Positions 8,016-17,326 of a stretch of 27,907 bases of DNA are shown piece by piece (the stretch's first letter is position 1; every line of letters begins with the position of its first letter). This stretch comes from Pseudomonadota bacterium (GTDB lineage Bacteria; Bdellovibrionota_B; Oligoflexia; Oligoflexales; CAIMVM01). The notes below the pieces were generated by a model. It was not told where the DNA came from. It ran no database searches and saw nothing but the letters and a program-made list of their open reading frames with translations. The position numbers and the translations under genes are program-made. The stretch lies in the NCBI GenBank assembly GCA_037142195.1, contig JBAXBA010000045.1:1-27907 (forward strand), read 5' to 3'.

Positions 8016-9062
8016 CTAATTTTCGACCGAGTATTCAAACGCTTGATCCGTAATACAGTCGATGTTTTGTTTCAGCAAATAGGAATTTTGGGACCTGTCA
8101 ATTTCAATTCCAAGTAACAACGCCTCCAGCTTTATGGACTCAAAAAGAGATTCAAGAATTTTCATAGAGCCGCCAAATTGCAAGCTAACAAAAAGATGCT
8201 TCTCACTACTTCTAATTGAAATTCTAGGAGTTTCAAATATTGCCTTTGACAACTGGGCAATAATGTAGCTCAGTGAACCAGGATTGAAAAGCACGTGTTC
8301 ACTGACCTCCCCACTCACTAGAACGGCATCAAAATCCCAACCTAATTTAGCCTCGACTAAACCTCGACGCAACGTTTCAAGGGAAAATCGCTTTCCAACA
8401 TTCAAAGTCCGATTTGCCTTAGCGAGCGCCAGATACTGGAATGACAGGAATCCGCTCGCTTTAAACAGGCTTAGTGTAAATGTTTGAAGCAGCCCGCAAA
8501 ACCATTTTTCCATGTGACCTAAATTAAACGCATGAGGTTCCTTAGAATTCAAAAAAATGAACCCAATCACATCCCCGCTACCAAAGACCGGTATACAAAG
8601 CCCAGAAGACAGCCCCATGGTTACGATGCGCTGAATAGAACGCTGCCTAGGTGCACGTTCGACATGAAACGCCTCCTTGATCGCTTCGATATCCCCAAAG
8701 ACTCTAACGCTTCCTGGTTGGATCTGAAACAAGCTGGAAGTCTCACGAACAAAACAAGAATATCCAGGAGTCATGCTATCTGATGAAATTCTATCGGAAC
8801 TTGCTGTCTGCTCAAGTCTTATCTGGTTGGTAACTCCGAGACGCCGCACGATAGCGACCCTGTCGACAACTTTAAGTTTTTGATGCTGTGCACAAAGATT
8901 TAGAATGGACTGTGCCAAAGTGCTGCCGACACCACCGTTTACAGACTGGATCGCTAAAATAGCAAATTTGGCCAAGAAATCAGATTCACTAGCAATAAAA
9001 GCAGATGGCAAGTTAGAAAAATCAATGGCTGAGATTTTAAACGGAGACTCACTTTTAGACAT
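8016..9062 (-). CDS. GAF-domain-containing protein
   Basis: GLSSGLCIPVFGSGDVIGFIFLNSKEPHAF is a typical GAF C-terminal strand pattern. SD-like GAGGTAGG precedes the ATG. Confidence 0.75.
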   Translation of the reverse strand: MSKSESPFKISAIDFSNLPSAFIASESDFLAKFAILAIQSVNGGVGSTLAQSILNLCAQHQKLKVVDRVAIVRRLGVTNQIRLEQTASSDRISSDSMTPGYSCFVRETSSLFQIQPGSVRVFGDIEAIKEAFHVERAPRQRSIQRIVTMGLSSGLCIPVFGSGDVIGFIFLNSKEPHAFNLGHMEKWFCGLLQTFTLSLFKASGFLSFQYLALAKANRTLNVGKRFSLETLRRGLVEAKLGWDFDAVLVSGEVSEHVLFNPGSLSYIIAQLSKAIFETPRISIRSSEKHLFVSLQFGGSMKILESLFESIKLEALLLGIEIDRSQNSYLLKQNIDCITDQAFEYSVEN

Positions 9063-9970
9063 ACCTACCTCGGTTCAGAAGGGCAACTTTGCCCCATATT
9101 TATAAAGTCATGAAGGCGTTTTCTCTACCTACCAATTTATCCGAATCTCTAAATGTCGCAATGGATCTCAGAAAAGAATCCACTGGACGGGCACACTCCT
9201 GGCCAAAATTTAATAGGAATTCTACTGCCTGTGAACCCAAATGGCGCATTTGTACTTCTAGCTTAACGGCACAATTTAAAAAAGTAAATGCATTGTTTGC
9301 TTTTTAAATACGCAGGAGGTTGCCGAACCGAAATTTCTAAAAACTAAGGTCCGCTGCCGAAATCAGGATAAAACTTGTTCGTTCGATCCGGTCAAGGAAA
9401 GGTGTAGTGGTTGGAACTATAGTGTAAGGAACTGGTTGGTAGGATGGATCTGTAGTTTATCCACCTACATGGAGAGCTGAAATGCATTCGGATTGTTGCG
9501 GAAGCCCTTGGCGCCCCAAATCGTTCTTGGGCTTATCTTAGGATTTGGAAACGCCTATTAGACTCGAAGAACATTTTTTCGTTTTCTACTGAGGGACAGA
9601 AACACAAAGGTGGCATCATGTAAATTCTAGACCTCGCATATCCCCCAAGTCTATGAACGAGCCAAAGCAATCTTTTCCAGAATGGACGAAAAGGTGGCCA
9701 TTCTATTTGCTAATGCTGCAATTCAGATAAAGTTGAAATGCCAATAGACGGCCGCCGAGCTTCATGTACGGACACTTTAAAGTTCTAGGAGCTACTTTTC
9801 TGTGTTAATAGCTAAGAAAGGATGCGGTAGGCAACATCCTTGATCTTAAATAATGCCTCCGAACTAACATAAGAAAATCTGTATAGTCCTTTCCAGGTAT
9901 CAACTTTAGTATTACAAAAGAATTGACCATTATAATCAGTATATGGGATTTTCATCTAGGATAATTTAAA

Positions 9971-10600
9971 ATGTCGATTCAGAGCGGTATTTTAAAAAAA
10001 AGTGTTTTTATTTTACTTATATTTTATTCAGGAGTAGCTATGTCAGTCAGCGAACCAACCTACAAAGTAGACAGTAAAAATGATCATTATGAAATACGCA
10101 CCTATCAGCCTATCATAGTGGCTGAAACGCTCATAGAAGCTGACTTCGACGAGGCTGGGAGTAAGGCCTTTGCAATTTTAGCAGACTATATTTTCGGTAA
10201 AAACAAATCCAAGCAAAAAATGGAAATGACAGCGCCCGTAGCCCAGCAGAACCTATCTGAAAAAATTGCTATGACGGCCCCTGTAAGTCAAATAGAAGAT
10301 CACCGGGGACACCTGGTTCAGTTCACCATGCCGTCGAACTACACCATGGACACACTGCCCCTACCTTTGGATCCACGGGTCAAACTTAAAGAGATGGGAT
10401 CTCGCACTGTAGCAGTATATTCTTATTCTGGTTCTTGGTCTGAAAGTCGTTACAAATCTAAGCTGGCCAAATTCCATTTAGAGCTATCTAAGGATAAAAT
10501 TACTACCAAAGGAGAGCCCGTTTTTGCCAGATACAATTCCCCATTTCAGCTATGGTTTTTGAGGCGAAATGAAATTTGGCTCGAGATATCTGACAGATAG
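9971..10600 (+). CDS. SOUL-family heme-binding protein
   Basis: EPTY, YEIRTY, AFAILADYIFGKN, two MTAPV motifs, FTMP, ARYNSP and RRNEI. Hydrophobic N-terminus. Alternative start at ATG 10040 after AGGAG. Confidence 0.92.
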   Translation: MSIQSGILKKSVFILLIFYSGVAMSVSEPTYKVDSKNDHYEIRTYQPIIVAETLIEADFDEAGSKAFAILADYIFGKNKSKQKMEMTAPVAQQNLSEKIAMTAPVSQIEDHRGHLVQFTMPSNYTMDTLPLPLDPRVKLKEMGSRTVAVYSYSGSWSESRYKSKLAKFHLELSKDKITTKGEPVFARYNSPFQLWFLRRNEIWLEISDR

Positions 10601-11216
10601 ATGGGCCTATGGGGCTGAGGTCGAACATCCTCGAATTTCTATCTAAGCTGCAATTTGCGTAAAATGCATCGGCGCCACTCACCAAGGTATTGTGGACAGC
10701 ATGAAGTGGATATCCCTCTTTTCGAGAAAGGATTCCTGATAGCGATTCTACTTTGCTAGGAAATTTTAGAGTGAATCCGGTCGATGGTCTTTAGTGATAA
10801 GACTTGCGGTATCTAAAGATTTTTACTATATGACTCTGTAGCGTTAGATTGCGTTTTAGATCGCGAATTTATTTCTTGCTTTGTTTTTTGATATAACACG
10901 TCCAAACTCATAAATTGTAAAAAGTGTTGCTGCAAACGAAGAGGTGCCTTCATTGCCCTGTTCGCGATCTTCTCTTGCCGGCATCGTAATTCGATGAGAT
11001 CCTGGATAAGTCTCGCTAATAGAGCAAACATTTTAAAAGATAAAAAAATCCAGCTGGGGCGGTCATCGAAAATAAATGGCAAATTAGGAAAGGAAATTTT
11101 AAATGAAAATGATACGTTTGAAGCTTTAAGCCATCGGTTTGCTCTTTGAAATGTCCCGGGCGACATCTCAAGACATTTTTCAGTGCTATCAGCGAAAATT
11201 AAGTAGCCTCTAAGAA

Positions 11217-11244
11217 TCTTCTCCTCCTCCTCCTTCTTCTTCTT
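11217..11244. repeat. Polypyrimidine simple repeat built from CTC and CTT units
   Basis: TCTTCTCCTCCTCCTCCTTCTTCTTCTT in intergenic DNA. Confidence 0.7.
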
Positions 11245-11539
11245 ATCTCCAATATTCTTTTATGCCTGAATGGGAAGTATCATGATTGCTGGATTTCACG
11301 AGATTGAGCCAGGCGATTTCAGGTAGTTTGATCCACCGGCCGACAGGACCGAAAAGACGCAGTATTATAGTCTAAGAAAACAAGATGAGTGTTCTGCAAA
11401 AGAATTAGGTTTTGTCGCTAGACCGAAGAGAAATTTGAGAGCGGATAAATTGAAAATTAGTCCATAATATCTGAGGGCTAAGCAGGGGGGGCTTTAAGTT
11501 TACTTGCCATGGGGGGGGCTCTGAGACGAAGAAACCTCC

Positions 11540-11567
11540 TTGACCTTTTAAATAAAGAGCTTACCAT
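11540..11567 (+). promoter_or_regulatory. Putative sigma70 promoter of the lemA operon
   Basis: TTGACC-N16-TACCAT ending 37 nt upstream of the lemA ATG. SD GAGGAG at 11592-11597. Confidence 0.45.
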
Positions 11568-11604
11568 TCCCCTTGTCCTAAAATTCCATTTGAGGAGCGC
11601 ATCT

Positions 11605-12201
11605 ATGAATTTTTTGAAGATAACTGCACTGATGACAGTTTTAGGCCTGTTCACGGGATGTGGATGGCAGAGTATACCGAAAGCGAAGAACTCAGTCGAA
11701 GCAGCCATGGCAGAAGTTACCAATCAATATAAGCGTCGATCGGATCTCATACCTAACTTAGTGAAGGTTGTGCAAGGATATGCTAGCCACGAAAAGGAAA
11801 CGCTCGAAGGAGTGATCGCTGCGCGCGCAAAAGCAACCAGTGTGAACCTAGATGCCTCGAAATTGGATCCTAAAAAAATGGCAGAGTTTCAACAGGCTCA
11901 AGGGCAGCTTTCGCAAGCCTTAGGTAAACTCATGGTTATTTCAGAAAACTATCCCCAACTCAAAGCAGACCAAGGCTTTAGAGACCTTCAGGCTCAACTT
12001 GAAGGAACAGAAAACAGAATTACTGTGGCCAGAAATCGCTACATTGAGTCTATTAAAGAATTTAACGACTTAGTGACAGTTCCCCCGACAAGTTGGACAA
12101 ACAGTTTGTTCTACCATAATGAGAAGATGCCTCAGTGGGACGTAACAGCTGAGGAAAAGACAAAAATAGAAACAGCACCAGAGGTAAATTTTGGTAAGTA
12201 G
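11605..12201 (+). CDS. lemA: LemA-family lipoprotein
   Basis: Lipobox FTG-C, QYKRRSDLIPNLV, GYASHEKETL, ENYPQLKADQGFRDLQAQLEGTENRITVARNRY. Start assigned from the SD. Confidence 0.95.
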   Translation: MNFLKITALMTVLGLFTGCGWQSIPKAKNSVEAAMAEVTNQYKRRSDLIPNLVKVVQGYASHEKETLEGVIAARAKATSVNLDASKLDPKKMAEFQQAQGQLSQALGKLMVISENYPQLKADQGFRDLQAQLEGTENRITVARNRYIESIKEFNDLVTVPPTSWTNSLFYHNEKMPQWDVTAEEKTKIETAPEVNFGK

Positions 12202-12946
12202 ATTCCTACTAGGGATTCTTTCCCTGTATTTATTCTATTCGCCCTTAAGTTTGGCGAAGTCCATACCGGACTTTACGTCGCCTGTGATGGATGAGGCCCA
12301 GCTCTTAAATAGCAATGAGAAAGCAGAGCTTGAAGCATTGCTTTTGTCTCTGTTTTCCCAGGGTGGAAGCCAAATTGTGGTATATACAACACCAAGCCTT
12401 GAACAGGAAGATATTGCTGCTTATTCCATCCGTGTCGTAGAAAAATGGAAGCTTGGTACAGCCAAGGCTGATAACGGTGTTCTACTTCTTATCGCCAAAG
12501 AGGATAGAAAGATTCGCATTGAAGTTGGTCAGGGGCTTGAGGGAGTTTTAGTGGATGCCTATTCCAAGCGCATCATTGACCAGGTGATAACTCCTTATTT
12601 TAAAGAAGGGTTGTTTTCTCGCGGGATTTTTGCTGGGGTCGATGCCATCATCAGGTATACCGATCCCGATAAAGCGGGGGCTCCGGTACCGCCTCCGGCA
12701 ATGAGCCGTCGTCAAAGTAGTCCTTTTTCTATTCTTTTATTTTTGCTTATCTCTATTTTCATTTGGATTTCGCATGCATTTGGCGGGCGGCGCGGACGAT
12801 ACGGATTAAGCAGTTATTCCGGAACTGGATTTGGCGGCAGCGGTCGCGGTGGATTTGGTGGCGGTGGATTTGGTGGCGGTGGCGGATTCGGTGGCGGATT
12901 CGGTGGCGGTGGATTTTCTGGCGGTGGCGCTTCAGGGGGATGGTAA
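12191..12946 (+). CDS. TPM-domain (YgcG-like) membrane protein with a Gly-rich tail
   Basis: VMDEAQLL, WKLGTAKADNGVLLLIA, RIEVGQGLEG, one TM helix and the GGGGFSGGGASGGW terminus. Overlaps lemA. Confidence 0.92.
   Translation: MVSRFLLGILSLYLFYSPLSLAKSIPDFTSPVMDEAQLLNSNEKAELEALLLSLFSQGGSQIVVYTTPSLEQEDIAAYSIRVVEKWKLGTAKADNGVLLLIAKEDRKIRIEVGQGLEGVLVDAYSKRIIDQVITPYFKEGLFSRGIFAGVDAIIRYTDPDKAGAPVPPPAMSRRQSSPFSILLFLLISIFIWISHAFGGRRGRYGLSSYSGTGFGGSGRGGFGGGGFGGGGGFGGGFGGGGFSGGGASGGW
12839..12929 (+). repeat. Coding GGY-rich tandem repeat encoding GGGGF units
   Basis: Repeated GGTGGCGGTGGATTT / GGTGGCGGATTC units forming the Gly-rich TPM tail. Confidence 0.8.
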
Positions 12947-13578
12947 TGGCAGACTGGTCAACAAAGGTATTATCCGCAAAGCAAAAACTTCAAATTGAAG
13001 AAGCCATTGCAAAAGCTGAGCTTTTAACAAATGCAGAAATGGTCCCCATGATTGTTCGGCGTAGCTCAGAGGCCCATGAATCCATTCGGGGGTTTGTTGT
13101 TGGTACATTGTTAGGTCTTATGGCCTGTTATGTTCTCGCGGAATTTTTTGCCGTACATGGATATGCTTATTTGATACCTGGTTTAGGAGCCTTAGGCTAT
13201 TTTGCCTCTTATAGTCCAAGTTTTGCCAGACTTTTGATTGGAAATGCGGAAAGGCGAAGAGCCGCAGAAATACGCGCAGAACTTGAGTTTTCAAGATTAA
13301 ACATATCAAAAACTAAGGATAGAGTAGGGATTTTGCTTTTTGTTTCTGAATTCGATCGCCAAGTGGTTGTACTTGCCGATGAAGCTATTGCGAAGGTTCT
13401 TGATTCCGGTACTTGGTCAGAGGTATGCTCTACAATTATTTTGGGACTTAAAACAGATAATTTTAGCTCTAGAATCATCGAAGCTATTAGCAAAATGGGC
13501 AATTTATGTGCGGACACATTCCCTCCAAAGTCTGTTAATATAAATGAGATTGAAAACTATATTATTGTAAAAGACTGA
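12946..13578 (+). CDS. Second TPM-domain membrane protein
   Basis: ATG overlaps the previous TAA (TAATG). IEEAIAKAELLTNAEMVPMI, two TM helices, GILLFVSEFDRQVVVLADEAI and FPPKSVNINEI. Confidence 0.88.
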   Translation: MADWSTKVLSAKQKLQIEEAIAKAELLTNAEMVPMIVRRSSEAHESIRGFVVGTLLGLMACYVLAEFFAVHGYAYLIPGLGALGYFASYSPSFARLLIGNAERRRAAEIRAELEFSRLNISKTKDRVGILLFVSEFDRQVVVLADEAIAKVLDSGTWSEVCSTIILGLKTDNFSSRIIEAISKMGNLCADTFPPKSVNINEIENYIIVKD

Positions 13579-14705
13579 TGGTCCATTTTAAAAAAAGAAA
13601 GACGTTTCATCGAGCTCCTCCTGGCAGTTCTCCTGGAACCTTATCTAGAAGAGACGATGCCAGTGAGACAGAGTTTGAAGTATTTTCCTACTCTGAAAAA
13701 GAGCTTTATGAACAATTAAATCCTCCTCTTGACACCATAAAAGAACTTCTAAAGGTGAATCCCGTCACCTGGGTAAAGGTTATGGGGCATCAAGACGTAG
13801 ACAAGATTACTAAAATTGCCGAGATTTTTGGTGTTCATAGTTTAACATTGGAGGATATGTTCCATGTCCACCAAAGAGCTAAATTTGAGTCTTTTGAGAA
13901 GTACAACTTTTTAGTAATCAATGACCTAACTCCCGCAGATCTCTACGTCAAACGACAAACATCATTTGTTATTGGCAGTAATTTCATACTTTCCTTTCAT
14001 GAGTCGCGCAGCGCGATTTTAGATCCTGTAAAGGAGCGTGTTAGAAAGAGTCTAGGGCAACTTAGACAAAAAGGAGTGGATTATTTAGCCTATGCCTTAG
14101 TAGATACCTATATCGACCATTTTTTCCCCGTGGCGGAATTCGCCCATTCCACGATTGATAGTCTCGAAGCCAGGCTTATTGCCGATACGACTTTAGGGGA
14201 AGTGTTGGTAATTCATGACCTTAAAGTAAAGCTTAATCGGCTCTATCAAATCATTTGGAACCATAAGGAAATGTTTGGTCATCTGACGAGAGAGGCAGAT
14301 TCACCTTTTACTGCAGAAATAAGACTCTATATGCGTGACTGTTATGATCACACACTTCAGCTTTTAGATTATATTGAAATGCTAAGAACTATGGTTTCTG
14401 GACTTTTAGACTTACATATAACGCTGCAAAACACCCGTGCTAATGAAGTCATGAAGTTTCTCACAGTCATCACCACGATATTTATTCCGTTGTCGTTTAT
14501 TACGGGGCTTTACGGTATGAATTTCAATACAGAGAAGTCGCGTTTTAATATGCCCGAGCTTAGCTGGGAGTACGGATATTTAGCCGTTTTGCTACTTATG
14601 GCTAGCATTGCCTTTGGGTTAGGGTGGTATTTTTATAAGAAAAAATGGATTACATCATTTAAAATTGAACCCATTCACCATGCCGGGACGCCTAAACTCA
14701 GATAG
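13578..14705 (+). CDS. corA: Magnesium/cobalt transporter CorA
   Basis: PPGSSPGTL, HSLTLED, QRAKFE, DYLAYALVD, NEVMKFLT, YGMNF and MPEL. TGATG coupling to the preceding gene. Confidence 0.95.
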   Translation: MVHFKKRKTFHRAPPGSSPGTLSRRDDASETEFEVFSYSEKELYEQLNPPLDTIKELLKVNPVTWVKVMGHQDVDKITKIAEIFGVHSLTLEDMFHVHQRAKFESFEKYNFLVINDLTPADLYVKRQTSFVIGSNFILSFHESRSAILDPVKERVRKSLGQLRQKGVDYLAYALVDTYIDHFFPVAEFAHSTIDSLEARLIADTTLGEVLVIHDLKVKLNRLYQIIWNHKEMFGHLTREADSPFTAEIRLYMRDCYDHTLQLLDYIEMLRTMVSGLLDLHITLQNTRANEVMKFLTVITTIFIPLSFITGLYGMNFNTEKSRFNMPELSWEYGYLAVLLLMASIAFGLGWYFYKKKWITSFKIEPIHHAGTPKLR

Positions 14706-14883
14706 GCCGGTTTTATAGGAAGACCGATCAAAGGAAGCGCTTCGAGCTTTTTCAGGCAATAGAATTTCATTTGGTGGGTAAAACCTATGTGTCTCTTTGG
14801 GATTAAGTCCTGTGTTTACTTGAGATCTAAATGTCTTTTCCCATGATTGAGCTCAAAGCCATAAAGAGCCGGAATCGGGTGTC

Positions 14884-14930
14884 AGAATCTTAAGTGGTTT
14901 TATCTAAAACCACTTTTGAAACAAGATTCT
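14884..14930. terminator. Probable bidirectional terminator between convergent corA and the RsmB-family gene
   Basis: AAGTGGTTTTA-TC-TAAAACCACTT perfect inverted repeat, extended by an AGAATCTT/AAGATTCT outer stem. Confidence 0.55.
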
Positions 14931-14982
14931 AAAAAATCCAAGGTTCGCGTATGTGAATTTTCAGTGAAGAAAAATCAAAAAA

Positions 14983-16215
14983 CTAGCCTTTGATGAGTGC
15001 AGCCACAAACATAGAGTCAGCATTATCTTTAGGGGTGCCAAGCATTTGCATTTGGCAGAGCTTAAAATTTGGATTCTCAGCCAAGAAACGCTCAATTATA
15101 GCTTCATTTTCTTCGACGAAGAAGCTGCATGTTCCATAAACTAGAGTTCCAGAGGGCCGTAAAGCTTTAGAGGCTTCATTCAGAATGCTAAATTGCAGAT
15201 CAGTCAAACTTTTTAGCTCATTCTGGTTAAGTCGAAATTTGGTGTCTGGATTTCGTCTCCATGTACCGCTTGAAGAGCACGGAGCATCAACCAAGATGCG
15301 ATCAAATCCGCCCCGAGTTAAAGCCTCCCTTGGGAGCTCAGGTGCCTTTCGAGAATCCCAGGGCATCGTCCTTACATTGTGGAACTTTGCTTTTTTAGCT
15401 CGCCTTTTAACCTCTTCCAACTTCCAGCTCCTAATGTCACTGGCAAGGACGGCACCCTTTCCTCCTAATGCAGAGGCAATATGCATGGTCTTTCCACCGC
15501 CGCCGGCACAGGCATCCCAAATGATTTCTCCTGGCTTTGCTAAAAGTGTGTCCCCTATACATTGGCTGGCATAGTCTTGAATTTCTAGCAAACCGTTTTG
15601 ATACGAGGAATTGCTATAGATGCCTTTATTCCCAGAAACTTTTAATGCCGAACCGAGATCTTCAACCTCAAATCCCTCGTTTTTGAGATTTTGAAGAATG
15701 GACTTTTTTTGATCAAGGTGGTTTATACGTAGCCAGAGGGGAGGTCTGACATTTTGACTTTGGATCCATGCTCCTAAGTCCCAATGGGATTTTTCAGCTC
15801 GCTGCTCCAGAAAACTTTGATACCAGGGATGAATGCCTTCAAAAATTAAAGTTTCTTTGAGGCTCATATCCTTGCGACCTTCGGCAGCCATGCGCTCGAT
15901 AAGCTTTGGAAAAATAGAAGCGCTATCAAAACTTCTTAAGTTCTCCCAAATTTCGCTGGGTTCAGCGACTCTTCGCTCAAGGTCTCGGCCTAAATACTGT
16001 TCTAGAATCCAGACCCCATAACGGAAGACAAGGAAAATACCGTCACTCATAAGTTTTCGGTCGGTAGAGCCATATTGTTTCAGGGACTTAAACTTATCGG
16101 AAAGCCATTTATCGACCTGTGGTAGCTCCTTTTGCAGGCGTAGGCTATCCCAAAGAAGTCCCATATGTCGTAAACGATTGGGGTGAGAAAATAGGGTCTG
16201 GGGTGCTGAACTCAT
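14983..16215 (-). CDS. RsmB/NOP-family SAM-dependent RNA m5C methyltransferase
   Basis: EIQDYASQ, DACAGGGGKT, VDAPCSSSGTWRRNPD and YGTCS (both catalytic Cys present), EENEA. Confidence 0.92.
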   Translation of the reverse strand: MSSAPQTLFSHPNRLRHMGLLWDSLRLQKELPQVDKWLSDKFKSLKQYGSTDRKLMSDGIFLVFRYGVWILEQYLGRDLERRVAEPSEIWENLRSFDSASIFPKLIERMAAEGRKDMSLKETLIFEGIHPWYQSFLEQRAEKSHWDLGAWIQSQNVRPPLWLRINHLDQKKSILQNLKNEGFEVEDLGSALKVSGNKGIYSNSSYQNGLLEIQDYASQCIGDTLLAKPGEIIWDACAGGGGKTMHIASALGGKGAVLASDIRSWKLEEVKRRAKKAKFHNVRTMPWDSRKAPELPREALTRGGFDRILVDAPCSSSGTWRRNPDTKFRLNQNELKSLTDLQFSILNEASKALRPSGTLVYGTCSFFVEENEAIIERFLAENPNFKLCQMQMLGTPKDNADSMFVAALIKG

Positions 16216-16333
16216 TTTTGGATCCTCTTTTAAACGGCAAGAAGGGACATAGCTTAACCAGGCGCAAAATACAAATCATTGAAGTAGGCGGAAAAAAAAT
16301 GTTACTCAACCTGGAATGTAGCAAGGGGGCTTC

Positions 16334-17149
16334 GTGCTAAAGCAGACTTTTAAGGTGCGCGCTAAAGAAAATTCGAAGTTAATACAGCTTGTTATGGACA
16401 AAAGCGGACTCTCCCAAGAAGACTCCAAGGGTTTGATTGAGATGGGTGCGGTATGGAATTTAGATTCAAAAATGGCCCATAGGTCTCGCCTTAGGGACTC
16501 TCAGGCAACTATTTTGGCAGGTAACGGCGTTGGTATCTTCCTGGATCAAAATCTTTTAAAGGCCTTTCAAAGGCAAGGGGAGGGGGCAGCCTCGGATTTG
16601 GGTGTACCTTCTTTACTATCTAAACAACCGTCCTTTGAAGTGTGGTTTAAGCCTTCAGGCTGGGTATCTGAGGGGAGTCCCTACGGGGATCATCTTTCCA
16701 TAGAACGTTTTACCAGCAAAAAAGGGCGGGAAGCTCATGCCGTAAATCGCCTGGACCGCGAAGTTGCGGGCTTGATGATTTTGAGCTTTGATGGGAAGTC
16801 CTTTGCAGCTCTTCAAAAGAATTGGGGGCTTTGGCAAAAAGTCTATCAAGCGGAAGTATTGGGGGAATTGGAGCCGCAGATCATTGATTTGCCCCTTGAT
16901 GGTAAAGAAGCCAAGACGAAGGTCCTGTCCCAACACTCCCTGGGCCTCACAAGTCAGGTGGAATTGGAGTTAGTAACTGGAAGATTTCATCAAATTAGGC
17001 GCCATTTAGAGGGTATTGGGCATCCCGTCATGGGGGATCCTAAATACGGAAGAGGAAATAAAGATCCAAGAGGCCTTATGCTTCGCTGCATAAAGTTAGC
17101 CTTTCAGGGCTTAGTGTTTGAAGTACCAAGTGCCTATCGTCTCTTCTGA
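16334..17149 (+). CDS. RluA-family RNA pseudouridine synthase with an S4-like N-terminus
   Basis: KPSG, VNRLDREVAG, KVYQA, TGRFHQIRRHL and HPVMGDPKYG. GTG start after AAGGGGG. Confidence 0.9.
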   Translation: MLKQTFKVRAKENSKLIQLVMDKSGLSQEDSKGLIEMGAVWNLDSKMAHRSRLRDSQATILAGNGVGIFLDQNLLKAFQRQGEGAASDLGVPSLLSKQPSFEVWFKPSGWVSEGSPYGDHLSIERFTSKKGREAHAVNRLDREVAGLMILSFDGKSFAALQKNWGLWQKVYQAEVLGELEPQIIDLPLDGKEAKTKVLSQHSLGLTSQVELELVTGRFHQIRRHLEGIGHPVMGDPKYGRGNKDPRGLMLRCIKLAFQGLVFEVPSAYRLF

Positions 17150-17326
17150 ATGACGTCCGCCTGTCAGCTAAGGGAAAGCTATAGGGGATTCATTTCTTCA
17201 TGACTATTTTTTTTTAGAACTTTTGGATCGGTGCTACTTTTAATATCTATAAATTGGTATGATCCATATTGTAGATGATTCCGGGGGTTATTTTCGATAT
17301 CAAATAGCAGAACACCAAAATGGGAG

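Noticed and set aside
10813..11166. 117-aa minus-strand ORF
   Set aside because: No motif and no SD near the ATG. The upstream extension runs through a microsatellite to a stop without a canonical start, so it cannot be supported as a gene.
11340..11400. Resemblance to a c-di-GMP-I (GEMM) riboswitch (GAAA..GACGCA..GTCTAA)
   Set aside because: It lacks the GGCAAA-stem-GAAA arm and the ACGCAAAGC core. The similarity is too fragmentary.
12763..12945. Trp/Arg-rich N-terminal extension of the second TPM ORF
   Set aside because: It is an alternate-frame reading of the Gly-rich repeat of the upstream gene. The real start is ATG 12946.
15185..15574. 129-aa + strand ORF and similar antisense or nested ORFs (e.g. 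5790-6140, 13209-13517, 17669-17968, 26529-26801)
   Set aside because: These are shadow ORFs fully overlapping well-supported genes.
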